Shown here: one piece after another, positions 1 to 8,522 of the stretch
Layout: each line of letters begins with the position of its first letter
How positions within the stretch are numbered: position 1 is the first letter of the stretch
Source: Vicingaceae bacterium
GTDB lineage: Bacteria > Bacteroidota > Bacteroidia > Flavobacteriales_E > Vicingaceae
Direction: 5' to 3'
Assembly (NCBI GenBank): GCA_965267605.1
Contig: OZ254088.1
Location: 1,354,790-1,418,789 of the forward strand
DNA length: 64,000 bases
Made by a program: the position numbers and the translations under genes
Notes under the pieces: model-generated
Seen by the model: the letters and a program-made list of their open reading frames with translations, nothing else
What the model was told of the DNA's origin: nothing
The model's database searches: none

Positions 1-2
1 TC

Positions 3-173
3 TTCAACAAATGGGGTGAGCTTCTCTTTGAGACCAACGACATGAATGAGAAGTGGAATGGTAAGATCAAGAACGACCAGATTAAAACTGATACATACGT
101 TTGGAAGCTTCGCTACAAGCCAGTCTATGGCGATGAGCAAAGCGAGATCGGACGTGTGACTTTGCTGAAATAA
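3..173 (+). CDS. 3' end of a gene encoding a T9SS type B (gliding-motility-associated) C-terminal domain protein. The N-terminus lies outside the window.
   Basis: Translation in frame 3 gives FNKWGELLFETNDMNEKWNGKIKND...YVWKLRYK...GRVTLLK*. This matches the CHU_C/type-B sorting-domain pattern (FNRWG..VFE....W.G.......YV..v). A stop codon is followed by a terminator hairpin. Confidence 0.5.
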   Translation, partial: FNKWGELLFETNDMNEKWNGKIKNDQIKTDTYVWKLRYKPVYGDEQSEIGRVTLLK

Positions 174-177
174 CTAA

Positions 178-204
178 AGGCCCCGCTTGGGGCCTTTTTA
201 TTTA
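178..204 (+). terminator. rho-independent terminator
   Basis: Inverted repeat GGCCCC-gctt-GGGGCC followed by TTTTTATTT, directly after the stop at 171-173. Confidence 0.6.
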
Positions 205-212
205 CTACTACT

Positions 213-1943
213 ATGCGATTCTTTCTAGCCACGGGGTTATCTCTTTGTATTGGACTTGTTTCTGCTCAAACCAATATGCTTAGCACCAATGGAACTGCAG
301 AGCAGGTTATGTTGGGTAACTACACGCCCTCTACTTACCAGGCAAGCAACGTTATTATTCACCCCGATAGCATTATTGCAGGTGTCCAGGCGGAAATGGA
401 GCCAGATTCGATATTCAGCTATCTCACAAAGCTTTCCTCTTTTCAGAACAGAAACACTGGGTCTGATACGGTTTCATCGGTTAGAGGAATAGGTGCAGCC
501 AGGAGATGGGCATACAGTAAGTTCCAGCAGTTCAGTGCTGGCGCAGAGAACAGGCTTCTTCCCTCCTACTTGCAATATGACAATACCACATGCGGTGTAT
601 TAACACATCGAAATGTATTCGCTGTTTTACCGGGAATGGACATCAATGACAATTCGATCATTATCGTTGAAGCACATATGGACAGCCGTTGTCAAACATC
701 TTGCGATACTGTATGCCTTGCTGAAGGCGCTGAGGACAATGCCTCAGGAACAGCATTGGTGCTTGAATTGGCGAGAGTGATGAGTAAATACTCTTTTGAT
801 CACACAATCGTGTTTATGACAACCACCGGTGAAGAGCAAGGATTGGCGGGTGCCGATGCCTTTTCTGCGTACTGCGTACAAAAGAGCATTGACATTAAAG
901 CTGTATTCAACAATGATGTAGTTGGTGGAATCATATGTGGCGCAACATCTTCAGGACCCTCGTGCCCTGGCTTGAACCACATCGATAGTACGCAGGTTAG
1001 ATTGTTCTCTCAAGGCACATTTAATTCCAGAAACAAAAGTCTTTGCAGATGGATTAAACTGGAGTACGCAGAGGAACTGTACAATATTGCTCCTATTAAA
1101 ATGATGCTCACAATAATGAATGCGGAAGATCGTGTTGGCCGTGGTGGTGATCATATTCCATTCCGACAGGATGGCTTCGCTGCAATGCGTTTCTGTTCAG
1201 CCAATGAGCATGGTAACGCTTCAGCCGGACCTGGTTATACAGATAGACAACATACACATAACGATATTCTTGGCCTGGATACAGATACCATACCTGGACT
1301 CGATTCATTCTTCGTTGATTTCAATTATCTGCTAAGAAATGCGGCCATCAATGCAAATTCCATAACCATGGCTGGTGTTGGGCCTGAAAAGGTGACCTAT
1401 ACTGCCACTAAATACAATGGTGGGTTAATCATAAACATTACGGACCCATTAAATTACGATCATTACCGTGTGGGTATTCGCAGCTCACAGCATGATTTTG
1501 ACACAATATTTACCTTCCTTAACACCAAGACAGACACCATATATCCCGTTGGAGGTACCGTGTTTGTAACCGCAGCCAGTGTTGACTCAAATGGAGTGGA
1601 ATCCTTCTTTTCAGATGAACAATTCTTTACCAACGTGGGATTCGCGGAACACCCCATTCCTGTCAGCCAAGGTGTTGAACTCTTGCAGAACGTCCCGAAT
1701 CCATTTGACGAGTCCACTGCACTCTCGGTGAACGTTACCGCCAGAAAGCTAAGGTATAAGAGGGCTTATATCATGATCACAGACATACAAGGCAAGGAAA
1801 TCCAAAGGCTTCCTATTCAGCTGGAAAAGGGAATGAATGCGGTGACGTATCACCATGGATATGGCCAAATAGGAACCTACGTTTACAGCTTATTTATTGA
1901 CGGCCAGATGGTATCATCCAGGCGAATGATCTTCGCGAATTAG
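213..1943 (+). CDS. M28 family zinc peptidase (aminopeptidase-like) with a T9SS type A C-terminal sorting domain
   Basis: It has a signal peptide. The HMDS...AEGAEDNASGTA...TTGEEQGLAG metal-binding motifs are typical of M28. The C-terminus (LQNVPNPFDESTALSV...YSLFIDGQMV) matches the Por/T9SS C-terminal domain. Confidence 0.8.
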   Translation: MRFFLATGLSLCIGLVSAQTNMLSTNGTAEQVMLGNYTPSTYQASNVIIHPDSIIAGVQAEMEPDSIFSYLTKLSSFQNRNTGSDTVSSVRGIGAARRWAYSKFQQFSAGAENRLLPSYLQYDNTTCGVLTHRNVFAVLPGMDINDNSIIIVEAHMDSRCQTSCDTVCLAEGAEDNASGTALVLELARVMSKYSFDHTIVFMTTTGEEQGLAGADAFSAYCVQKSIDIKAVFNNDVVGGIICGATSSGPSCPGLNHIDSTQVRLFSQGTFNSRNKSLCRWIKLEYAEELYNIAPIKMMLTIMNAEDRVGRGGDHIPFRQDGFAAMRFCSANEHGNASAGPGYTDRQHTHNDILGLDTDTIPGLDSFFVDFNYLLRNAAINANSITMAGVGPEKVTYTATKYNGGLIINITDPLNYDHYRVGIRSSQHDFDTIFTFLNTKTDTIYPVGGTVFVTAASVDSNGVESFFSDEQFFTNVGFAEHPIPVSQGVELLQNVPNPFDESTALSVNVTARKLRYKRAYIMITDIQGKEIQRLPIQLEKGMNAVTYHHGYGQIGTYVYSLFIDGQMVSSRRMIFAN

Positions 1944-3970
1944 TATTGAAGTAAATCTTCAACTGAGGAGGACAACCTGCTGCTAGCCAAGAAGTTGTTT
2001 TCTAAATCAGATGCAAATGGCACGGGCGTGTCAAGACTGGCACATCTTTTTACTGGTGCATCAAGAAATTCAAAGCATGATTCATTGATCAGTGCAGCGA
2101 TGTCTCCTCCCAAACCTCCAGTCAATGTATCCTCGTAAAGTACGATGGCCTTACCTGTTTTGCGGACAGACCCAAAGATCGTTTCCGTGTCCAGTGGAGC
2201 AAGCGTACGCAGATCTATGATCTCTATAGATTGATCGGGATGCTCTTCCGTGTATTTTAACGCCCAGTGCACTCCCTGACCGTAAGTAACAATTGTAAGA
2301 TCTTCACCTGTTCTGAGTACGTTGGCCTTACCAAATGGAATGGTGTAATAATCCGTGCTCACATCCTCTTCAATACTCCTGTACAACGCTTTGTGTTCAA
2401 AGAACATCACAGGATTTGGGTCTTCGAAGGCTGCCAATAACAATCCCTTGGCATCCGCTGGAAATGCAGGATAGGCAATCTTAAGTCCAGGAGTATGATA
2501 GAACCACGATTCATTGGATTGGGAATGAAACGGCCCTGCTGCAACGCCAGCACCGGTGGGCATACGTACCACAACATCCGCATTTTGCCCCCATCGCCAA
2601 TGGATCTTGGCCAGGTTATTAACGATCTGATTAAAGCCCTCGGTCACAAAATCTGCAAATTGCATTTCCACCATAGCCTTCATTCCTTTGATTGAAAGGC
2701 CTAAACCGGCACCCAGAATTGCTGATTCACATAAAGGAGTGTTCCGAACCCGTTGATTACCGTACTTATCCGCCAATCCTTCAGTTGCCTTAAATACACC
2801 TCCGTATTCTGCAATGTCCTGTCCCATGTAAATCAAGTCAGGATGCTTCTCTAAAGCCAGATCCAGTGCATTATGCACAGCATCGATCAATCTCATCTTT
2901 TCCGCTGTACCATTGGCCTTAACCGCCTCCAGTTCAAATGGCTTGTGCAAATCCAGCACTTCTCTTTCAGTATCAGGAGTTATGGCTTCTTCTTCATTCG
3001 CTTTCGCCCACTCTGCGTCTATTTCACTCTTGATCTCCTTCCTTAGTGCTTCTACATCCCCCTCTGTAAGTACCCCCTCCTTGATCAGCCATTCCTGGTA
3101 TCGATCAACAGGATCCTTCTTGGCCCACTCGTCCATAAGCTCCTGGGGTACATACTTGGTACCTGAAGCCTCCTCATGTCCCCGCATTCTGAACGTAAGA
3201 CACTCCAGAAGCACCGGTTCGGGCTTCTCTCTAATATCCTTGGCAATGGACCTCACCTTGTCAAAAACATCTATCACATTGTTTCCGTCCACCTGCTCTG
3301 CCCGGATTCCATAACCAATGCCTTTATCTATAAATTGCTTGCATTTGAACTGCTCGGAAGATGGTGTAGACAGTCCATACCCATTGTTCTCAATAACGAA
3401 GATGACCGGCAATCCCCAGACAGCAGCTGTATTCATTGCTTCATGAAAATCCCCCTCACTTGTTCCACCATCACCTGTAAAAACAAGCGCACACTTTTTC
3501 TCCTCCTTTAGCAAATGAGCGAGCCCTATTCCATCAGCAATACCCATTTGCGGACCCAGGTGCGAAATCATTCCAACAATCTTATACTCTTGCGTTCCAA
3601 AATGGAAGGACCGATCCCTTCCTTTGGTAAACCCACTCATTTTCCCTTGCCACTGTGCAAATAGACGGTGCATAGGCACACCACGGGTTGTGAAAACACC
3701 TAAGTTACGGTGCATGGGAAGCATGTACTCATCTTCTTCCATGGCCATAGCCGAGCCTACCGAAATAGCCTCCTGACCAATACCTGAAAACCACTTGGAG
3801 ATCTTGCCCTGCCTAAGCAGTACCAGCATCTTCTCCTCGATCATTCTTGGAACGAGCAGCTTCCGGTACATTTCCTTCAATTCATTCTTCGTATATATCC
3901 TCTGACGGAATTCCATATCGTAAAGTTGGTCAAAGTTAGTTGTTGGTTCGGAATTACAGCAATAGGTCAC
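1940..3970 (-). CDS. Fused 2-oxoacid (branched-chain alpha-keto acid / pyruvate-type) dehydrogenase E1 component, alpha and beta subunits
   Basis: The N-terminal half has TPP-binding alpha motifs (GDGGTSEGDFHEAMN, YGLSTP). The C-terminal half is transketolase-like beta (MGQDIAEYGGVFKAT, LCESAILGAGLG). The true start could be the internal Met at about 3916. Confidence 0.8.
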   Translation of the reverse strand: MTYCCNSEPTTNFDQLYDMEFRQRIYTKNELKEMYRKLLVPRMIEEKMLVLLRQGKISKWFSGIGQEAISVGSAMAMEEDEYMLPMHRNLGVFTTRGVPMHRLFAQWQGKMSGFTKGRDRSFHFGTQEYKIVGMISHLGPQMGIADGIGLAHLLKEEKKCALVFTGDGGTSEGDFHEAMNTAAVWGLPVIFVIENNGYGLSTPSSEQFKCKQFIDKGIGYGIRAEQVDGNNVIDVFDKVRSIAKDIREKPEPVLLECLTFRMRGHEEASGTKYVPQELMDEWAKKDPVDRYQEWLIKEGVLTEGDVEALRKEIKSEIDAEWAKANEEEAITPDTEREVLDLHKPFELEAVKANGTAEKMRLIDAVHNALDLALEKHPDLIYMGQDIAEYGGVFKATEGLADKYGNQRVRNTPLCESAILGAGLGLSIKGMKAMVEMQFADFVTEGFNQIVNNLAKIHWRWGQNADVVVRMPTGAGVAAGPFHSQSNESWFYHTPGLKIAYPAFPADAKGLLLAAFEDPNPVMFFEHKALYRSIEEDVSTDYYTIPFGKANVLRTGEDLTIVTYGQGVHWALKYTEEHPDQSIEIIDLRTLAPLDTETIFGSVRKTGKAIVLYEDTLTGGLGGDIAALINESCFEFLDAPVKRCASLDTPVPFASDLENNFLASSRLSSSVEDLLQY

Positions 3971-4004
3971 AACTTATAGCTTATTGTATCTACCTTTAAG
4001 CCGT

Positions 4005-4871
4005 ATGGCGAGGAAATTACTCTTCATTATCAATCCAATCTCCGGCATAGGCAAACAGAAAACCGTTGAGAAGTTACTGGAACGCAGGATGCCGCCAACT
4101 GGTGACACTTACGACATTGCATATACCGAAGCCCCTAAACATGCCATCGATATCAGTAGGGAAGCAACCAAGACATACGATGTTGTAGTTGCTGTGGGAG
4201 GAGATGGCTCTGTTAACGAAACAAGTAAAGGTTTGATAGGCAGCGAAACAGCGCTCGGCATTCTGCCTTCCGGGTCTGGTAACGGATTAGCCCGACACCT
4301 GAACATTCCCATGGATCTTGAGTTCGCATTAGATGTGATCATCGAGGGAAATACCAAAAGAATTGATACCGCCAGCATTAATGATGACATGTTCGTTGGC
4401 ATAGCTGGACTTGGGTTTGACGCACACGTAGGATGGGAGTTTTCGAAATTTGGAAAGCGTGGATTCTGGTCTTACGTGCAGGTTACCTCGAGGGAATTCA
4501 TGCAATACCAACCCAGTGAATACCAAATCAGTATCGATGGGCACACATTTACAACACAGGCATTCCTCATATCAATAGCCAATTCAAGTCAGTACGGCAA
4601 TGATGCCTACATCGCTCCAGAGGCCAGGATTGATGACGGTTACTTACGTATATGCATACTTAACAAAATGCCACTACTTGAGATTCCTGGGTTTACCATG
4701 AGGCTTTTCAACAAGACCATAACCGAATCCAAACACCTAACCACCATAAAAGGCAAGCAAATATCTATTGAACAGAAAGGAGAGATCGCTCATGTAGATG
4801 GTGAACCAACAAAGCTTGGTAAACGCATTGATATTGAAGTTATTCCGAGCTCACTTAAAGTTTTGTGCTAA
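4005..4871 (+). CDS. Diacylglycerol/lipid kinase family protein (YegS/DAGK catalytic domain)
   Basis: GGDGSVNE motif and overall DAGK_cat layout. I chose the ATG at 4005 (MARKLLFIINP) over the track start at 3984, which sits only 13 bp from the divergent gene. Confidence 0.75.
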   Translation: MARKLLFIINPISGIGKQKTVEKLLERRMPPTGDTYDIAYTEAPKHAIDISREATKTYDVVVAVGGDGSVNETSKGLIGSETALGILPSGSGNGLARHLNIPMDLEFALDVIIEGNTKRIDTASINDDMFVGIAGLGFDAHVGWEFSKFGKRGFWSYVQVTSREFMQYQPSEYQISIDGHTFTTQAFLISIANSSQYGNDAYIAPEARIDDGYLRICILNKMPLLEIPGFTMRLFNKTITESKHLTTIKGKQISIEQKGEIAHVDGEPTKLGKRIDIEVIPSSLKVLC

Positions 4872-5206
4872 TGGCTAAGAAGAAAAAGAATATCGTCTAC
4901 TCAACCAATCCTGACTTTAGCTACGAATATGACGAAGAACAGGAAGAAGACACAATCTCTCCAGGGCAACAAAACCTTAGAGTGATGATCGATAGGAAAA
5001 ACAGAAAGGGAAAAGCTGTGGTGCTTATCGAAGGGTTCGTTGGCACAAGTGAAGACCTTAATGACCTTGGCCGCTGGCTGAAATCAAAATGCGGGGTTGG
5101 TGGCAACGTTAAGGATGGACAAATCATCATTCAGGGAGACAATCGCAAAAAAGTTGCAACCGTTCTTGAAGAACGTGGTTACAGATTTAAACTGGTAGGT
5201 GGTTGA
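4871..5206 (+). CDS. SUI1/YciH-family translation initiation factor
   Basis: MAKKKKNIVYST...LRVMIDRKNRKGKAVVLIEGF...GGNVKDGQIIIQGDNRKKV matches YciH/eIF1. The ATG overlaps the upstream stop (TAATG). Confidence 0.8.
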   Translation: MAKKKKNIVYSTNPDFSYEYDEEQEEDTISPGQQNLRVMIDRKNRKGKAVVLIEGFVGTSEDLNDLGRWLKSKCGVGGNVKDGQIIIQGDNRKKVATVLEERGYRFKLVGG

Positions 5207-5438
5207 TTAGCTCTACTTGATCCGAGTACTCTTGCAGAACCGTCTTATTGTCTTGCACTTCGATCCAACGGATTTGATTCAAGCCAGTGAGTTTCCACAC
5301 TTCCACAAAGAATCCGTTACACGTGAACAAAGAAACCATGTGTTCTCCCGAAATTCTCGACCCTACGAATTCGCCTTCCTGCTTGAGTATTGAATACCGC
5401 TTCTGAAGTGACAGTTTGCCAAAAGCACGTGCATCCAT
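5187..5438 (-). CDS. Hypothetical small protein (about 83 aa), speculative
   Basis: ORF whose start overlaps the stop of the repeat-protein gene. No recognisable motifs. Confidence 0.2.
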   Translation of the reverse strand: MDARAFGKLSLQKRYSILKQEGEFVGSRISGEHMVSLFTCNGFFVEVWKLTGLNQIRWIEVQDNKTVLQEYSDQVELINHLPV

Positions 5439-7894
5439 CAAAACTTAATCTTGGTTGTGTGGGTTCCCTTCTTCCCTTTGTTTGGGAGTTTAACACCGCT
5501 CTTGTTGTCCTTGGATTCTGTCTTATTCACTTTGAACCCAGCCTTCTCCTCCTCCCTCTGTTTGATGAGGTTCTCAATTTCCTTGATCTTCTGCGTTGGA
5601 TATTCCTTTTCTGGCCACACATCGTGTGCTTCCTGGTACTTGCTCTTGGCTTCTTCCAAAGCATCCTCCTGAAGCTTCTTATCTGCAGCAGCAATCAAAC
5701 TGTTGTATTTGGTTTGCTTTTCCTGCAACTCGGCCCTTCTCTTTGCTTCTGCCTCTTTTTGAGCTTCAATAGCTGCAGCCGCCTTAGCCCGCTCTTCTTC
5801 TTCCTTTAGTATTCTGAGTTCCGCAAGCTTCTTATCTATTTTGGCGATCTGTTCTCTAGGGTATTGCTCGTTCTTCTTGATCCTTGTGGCAAGCAGGTAC
5901 TTATCGCGCGCTGCATCCCATTTCTCCTTGTCATAAAGCGCATCTCCTGAGGATATTAGCCCCCTGTACTTTGTTTCTGTCTCTGATTTAGCTCGCGCTT
6001 CTTCTTCAGCTTTTCTCTTCGCTTCGGCAAGTGCAGCCGCCTTGGCTTCTTCTTCCGCTTTGCGTTTTGCTTCTTCCTCAGCCTTACGTTTAGCCTCTAA
6101 CTCAGCTTTTCGCTTTGCTTCCTCTTCTGCTTTACGCCTGGCTTCTTCCTCCGCTTTCGCCTTCGCCTCAGCTTCGGCTTTCAACCGTGCCTCTTCCTCA
6201 GCTTTTCTCTTCGCCTCCTCCTCTGCCTTGGCTTTAGCTTCAGCCTCTGCCTTCAAACGAGCTTCTTCTTCAGCTTTCCGCTTCGCTTCCTCTTCTGCCT
6301 TCCTCTTTGCATCCGCCTCTGCTTTAGCTTTTGCTTCCGCTTCAGCCTTCAACCGTGCTTCCTCTTCCGCCTTCGCTTTGGCCGCTGCTTCAGCTTTTAA
6401 CCTTGCTTCCTCCTCTGCTTTTCTTTTCGCCTCTTCTTCAGCTTTACGTTTTGCTTCTTCTTCAGCCTTGGCTTTGGCTTCTGCCTCTGCCTTCAATCGC
6501 GCCTCTTCATCCGCTTTCGCCTTAGCTTCTGCTTCTGCCTTTAATCGAGCTTCTTCCTCAGCTTTGCGCTTTGCCTCCTCTTCCGCTTTCAATCGAGCTT
6601 CCTCTTCAGCCTTTGCTTTAGCCTTGAGTCGTGCCTCTTCTTCTGCTTTTCTTTTGGCCTCCGCCTCCGCTTTGGCTTTTGCTTCAGCTTCTGCCTTTAG
6701 ACGTGCTTCCTCCTCTGCTTTCCGTTTCGCCTCTTCTTCGGCCTTGCGTTTTGCTTCTTCCTCCGCCTTCGCTTTAGCTTCTGCTTCCGCTTTCAATCTG
6801 GCCTCTTCTTCCGCTTTACGTTTTGCTTCCTCCTCCGCTTTTCTTCTGGCCTCCTCTTCTGCTTTCGCTTTCGCCTCCGCCTCTGCTTTCAGGCGAGCTT
6901 CTTCCTCCGCCTTTGCCTTAGCCTCAGCTTCAGCTTTAAGTCGCGCTTCTTCCTCAGCTTTTCTCTTCGCCTCTGCCTCTGCTTTGGCTTCCGCTTCTGC
7001 TTTGAGGCGTGCTTCTTCTTCCGCTTTCGCTTTAGCATCAGCTTCTGCCTTAAGCCGCGCCTCTTCCTCCGCCTTGGCTTTAGCTTCTGCTTCTGCTTTC
7101 AAACGTGCTTCTTCCTCAGCTTTAGCCTTTGCCTCGGCCTCAGCTTTCAACCTTGCCTCTTCTTCGGCTTTGCGCTTCGCTTCTTCTTCCGCCTTAAGTT
7201 TATCATCTTCCAATCTCTTCAGAGCCGCTTCGGCTTCTGCTAGTTTCGCCTTAGCGGTAGCATCTCCTGGTTTTGCGGATAACGCTTTTTGAAAACTACT
7301 CTTGGCACCATTGTACTCTTCCTTACCCATCTTTCGCGTACCATCCGCCATTGCATCTTCGTACAACAACTGCTTTCTACGCTCCTCTTCCTTCTTACGA
7401 TCATACTCCTCCAACAGGTCAGCAATTCTGTTCTGCATTTTGCTGGTATAAGCGAAATCCCAATCAATTTCATTGGAAGACGCATTGTACCTCGAAATAC
7501 CTATAGGTTCATTAAGGAGCGAGAAGTTCACCCCCGGAATATTTTCGAACAACGACATCTCCACAAAGAAGTCCTTGATCTTATACATCTTGTCTGCAGG
7601 CACCCCCTTGGTATCGATCTTGATCTTCTTACTTACATAACCACTCATGGAAAACTTGATCATGTAAATGTGTCCGAAACGAAGATCATACTGGAACTTA
7701 CCATTGGAAGCTGTACTACCTGTTTTGTAAGCGTTTCCGTCTTCTTTGATATCAACAGTAACACCGCTCAGCTTATCGCCCCTTTCAAAGTGCTTCACCA
7801 CACCAGAAAGCTCCAGCGTAGCCTCCTCTTCCTGAGCAAACAAATAGCCTACAGGAAGCAATAACAGTAAGGAAAGCAGGTGTTTTATCATCAA
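5438..7894 (-). CDS. Secreted protein with an N-terminal carboxypeptidase-regulatory-like (CarbopepD_reg) domain, TPR-like helices, and a central Glu/Lys/Ala octad-repeat region of about 430 aa (ER/K single-alpha-helix-like spacer)
   Basis: Signal peptide MMIKHLLSLLLLLPVGYLFAQ. The N-terminal CarbopepD_reg-like fold is LSGVVKH...GKFQYDLRFGHIYMIKFSMSGY. There are about 55 consecutive AEEEA(K/R)(R/L)K / AEAEAKAK octads. Both flanks are TPR-like. Confidence 0.75.
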   Translation of the reverse strand: MMIKHLLSLLLLLPVGYLFAQEEEATLELSGVVKHFERGDKLSGVTVDIKEDGNAYKTGSTASNGKFQYDLRFGHIYMIKFSMSGYVSKKIKIDTKGVPADKMYKIKDFFVEMSLFENIPGVNFSLLNEPIGISRYNASSNEIDWDFAYTSKMQNRIADLLEEYDRKKEEERRKQLLYEDAMADGTRKMGKEEYNGAKSSFQKALSAKPGDATAKAKLAEAEAALKRLEDDKLKAEEEAKRKAEEEARLKAEAEAKAKAEEEARLKAEAEAKAKAEEEARLKAEADAKAKAEEEARLKAEAEAKAEAEAKRKAEEEARLKAEAEAKAKAEEEARLKAEAEAKAKAEEEARRKAEEEAKRKAEEEARLKAEAEAKAKAEEEAKRKAEEEAKRKAEEEARLKAEAEAKAKAEAEAKRKAEEEARLKAKAKAEEEARLKAEEEAKRKAEEEARLKAEAEAKAKADEEARLKAEAEAKAKAEEEAKRKAEEEAKRKAEEEARLKAEAAAKAKAEEEARLKAEAEAKAKAEADAKRKAEEEAKRKAEEEARLKAEAEAKAKAEEEAKRKAEEEARLKAEAEAKAKAEEEARRKAEEEAKRKAELEAKRKAEEEAKRKAEEEAKAAALAEAKRKAEEEARAKSETETKYRGLISSGDALYDKEKWDAARDKYLLATRIKKNEQYPREQIAKIDKKLAELRILKEEEERAKAAAAIEAQKEAEAKRRAELQEKQTKYNSLIAAADKKLQEDALEEAKSKYQEAHDVWPEKEYPTQKIKEIENLIKQREEEKAGFKVNKTESKDNKSGVKLPNKGKKGTHTTKIKF
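5970..7220. repeat. Coding tandem repeat: about 50 near-identical 24-bp units (gct-tcN-tcN-gcc/ttt-Ncg-ctt-tgc...) inside the 5438..7894 gene
   Basis: Visible periodicity on the + strand (gcttcttcctcagctttgcgctttgcctcc...). It encodes the AEEEAKRK/AEAEAKAK octads on the - strand. Confidence 0.85.
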
Positions 7895-7960
7895 TTCAGA
7901 CCCAATAATTTTCTAAATTAGCAATAAAAATCAGGCCAAATTTTCAAGGCATATAAAACT

Positions 7961-8467
7961 GTGACAATGAGAAAAGTATTAGCGATTCTAGCATGTGCTA
8001 CCCTAATAGCATGCTCGGGAGGTGAAGGAAATGGAGAAAACGGAGGCGATGCAGCCGGAGAATGGAAAGTGAGCTTTGACGCTTTAATGAGCGAGCATCA
8101 GGATTTCATGGGGGCTTATAATGCCAAATTGGACGAATTGGAAGAATGGGCCGGCAAGCACGAGCAGAAAGGTGATTCATCTTTTATGGCACTCGAAGAA
8201 ACACACACTTCCATGCTTGAAAAGCACGAGGACTGGATAGAAGAATACGCATTCAACATTAAAGACCACGAGGACCTTAAGGCTGCTTACGATGCTGGTG
8301 AATTAACTGAAGAGGAGCTTAAAGCAGATATTGGAACCATCGATGGTCATACACAAGGGATCAAAGATGCCCGTGAAGGGATGCTTCAGACCATTGATGG
8401 AATGATCACAGAACACATGCAAGCCGTTTCCAGCAATGATGATGACGGCTTCGAAGATGATCTGTAA
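7961..8467 (+). CDS. Acidic lipoprotein, hypothetical
   Basis: Lipobox LIACSGG after a signal peptide. The sequence is Glu/Asp-rich and helical, with no known domain. Confidence 0.5.
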   Translation: MTMRKVLAILACATLIACSGGEGNGENGGDAAGEWKVSFDALMSEHQDFMGAYNAKLDELEEWAGKHEQKGDSSFMALEETHTSMLEKHEDWIEEYAFNIKDHEDLKAAYDAGELTEEELKADIGTIDGHTQGIKDAREGMLQTIDGMITEHMQAVSSNDDDGFEDDL

Positions 8468-8522
8468 GCACTAGTTAATTGGATACATAGTTTGTAAATT
8501 CGGTCGCCCAATCCAAAGGTTT

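Noticed and set aside
5390-5809. 139-aa + strand ORF and several other 60-200-aa ORFs inside 5438..7894
   Set aside because: They are antisense to a well-supported gene and have hydrophobic low-complexity translations.
5970-7220. Possible CRISPR array because of the regular short repeats
   Set aside because: The units are contiguous 24-bp units with no unique spacers. They are in frame and translate to a clean octad protein repeat.
6042-7292. 416-aa + strand ORF made of ASSSALRFASSSAF... repeats
   Set aside because: It is the antisense reading of the E/K/A octad repeat. The low-complexity Ala/Ser translation is an artefact of the GC-skewed repeat codons. The minus-strand gene has a signal peptide and folded flanking domains.
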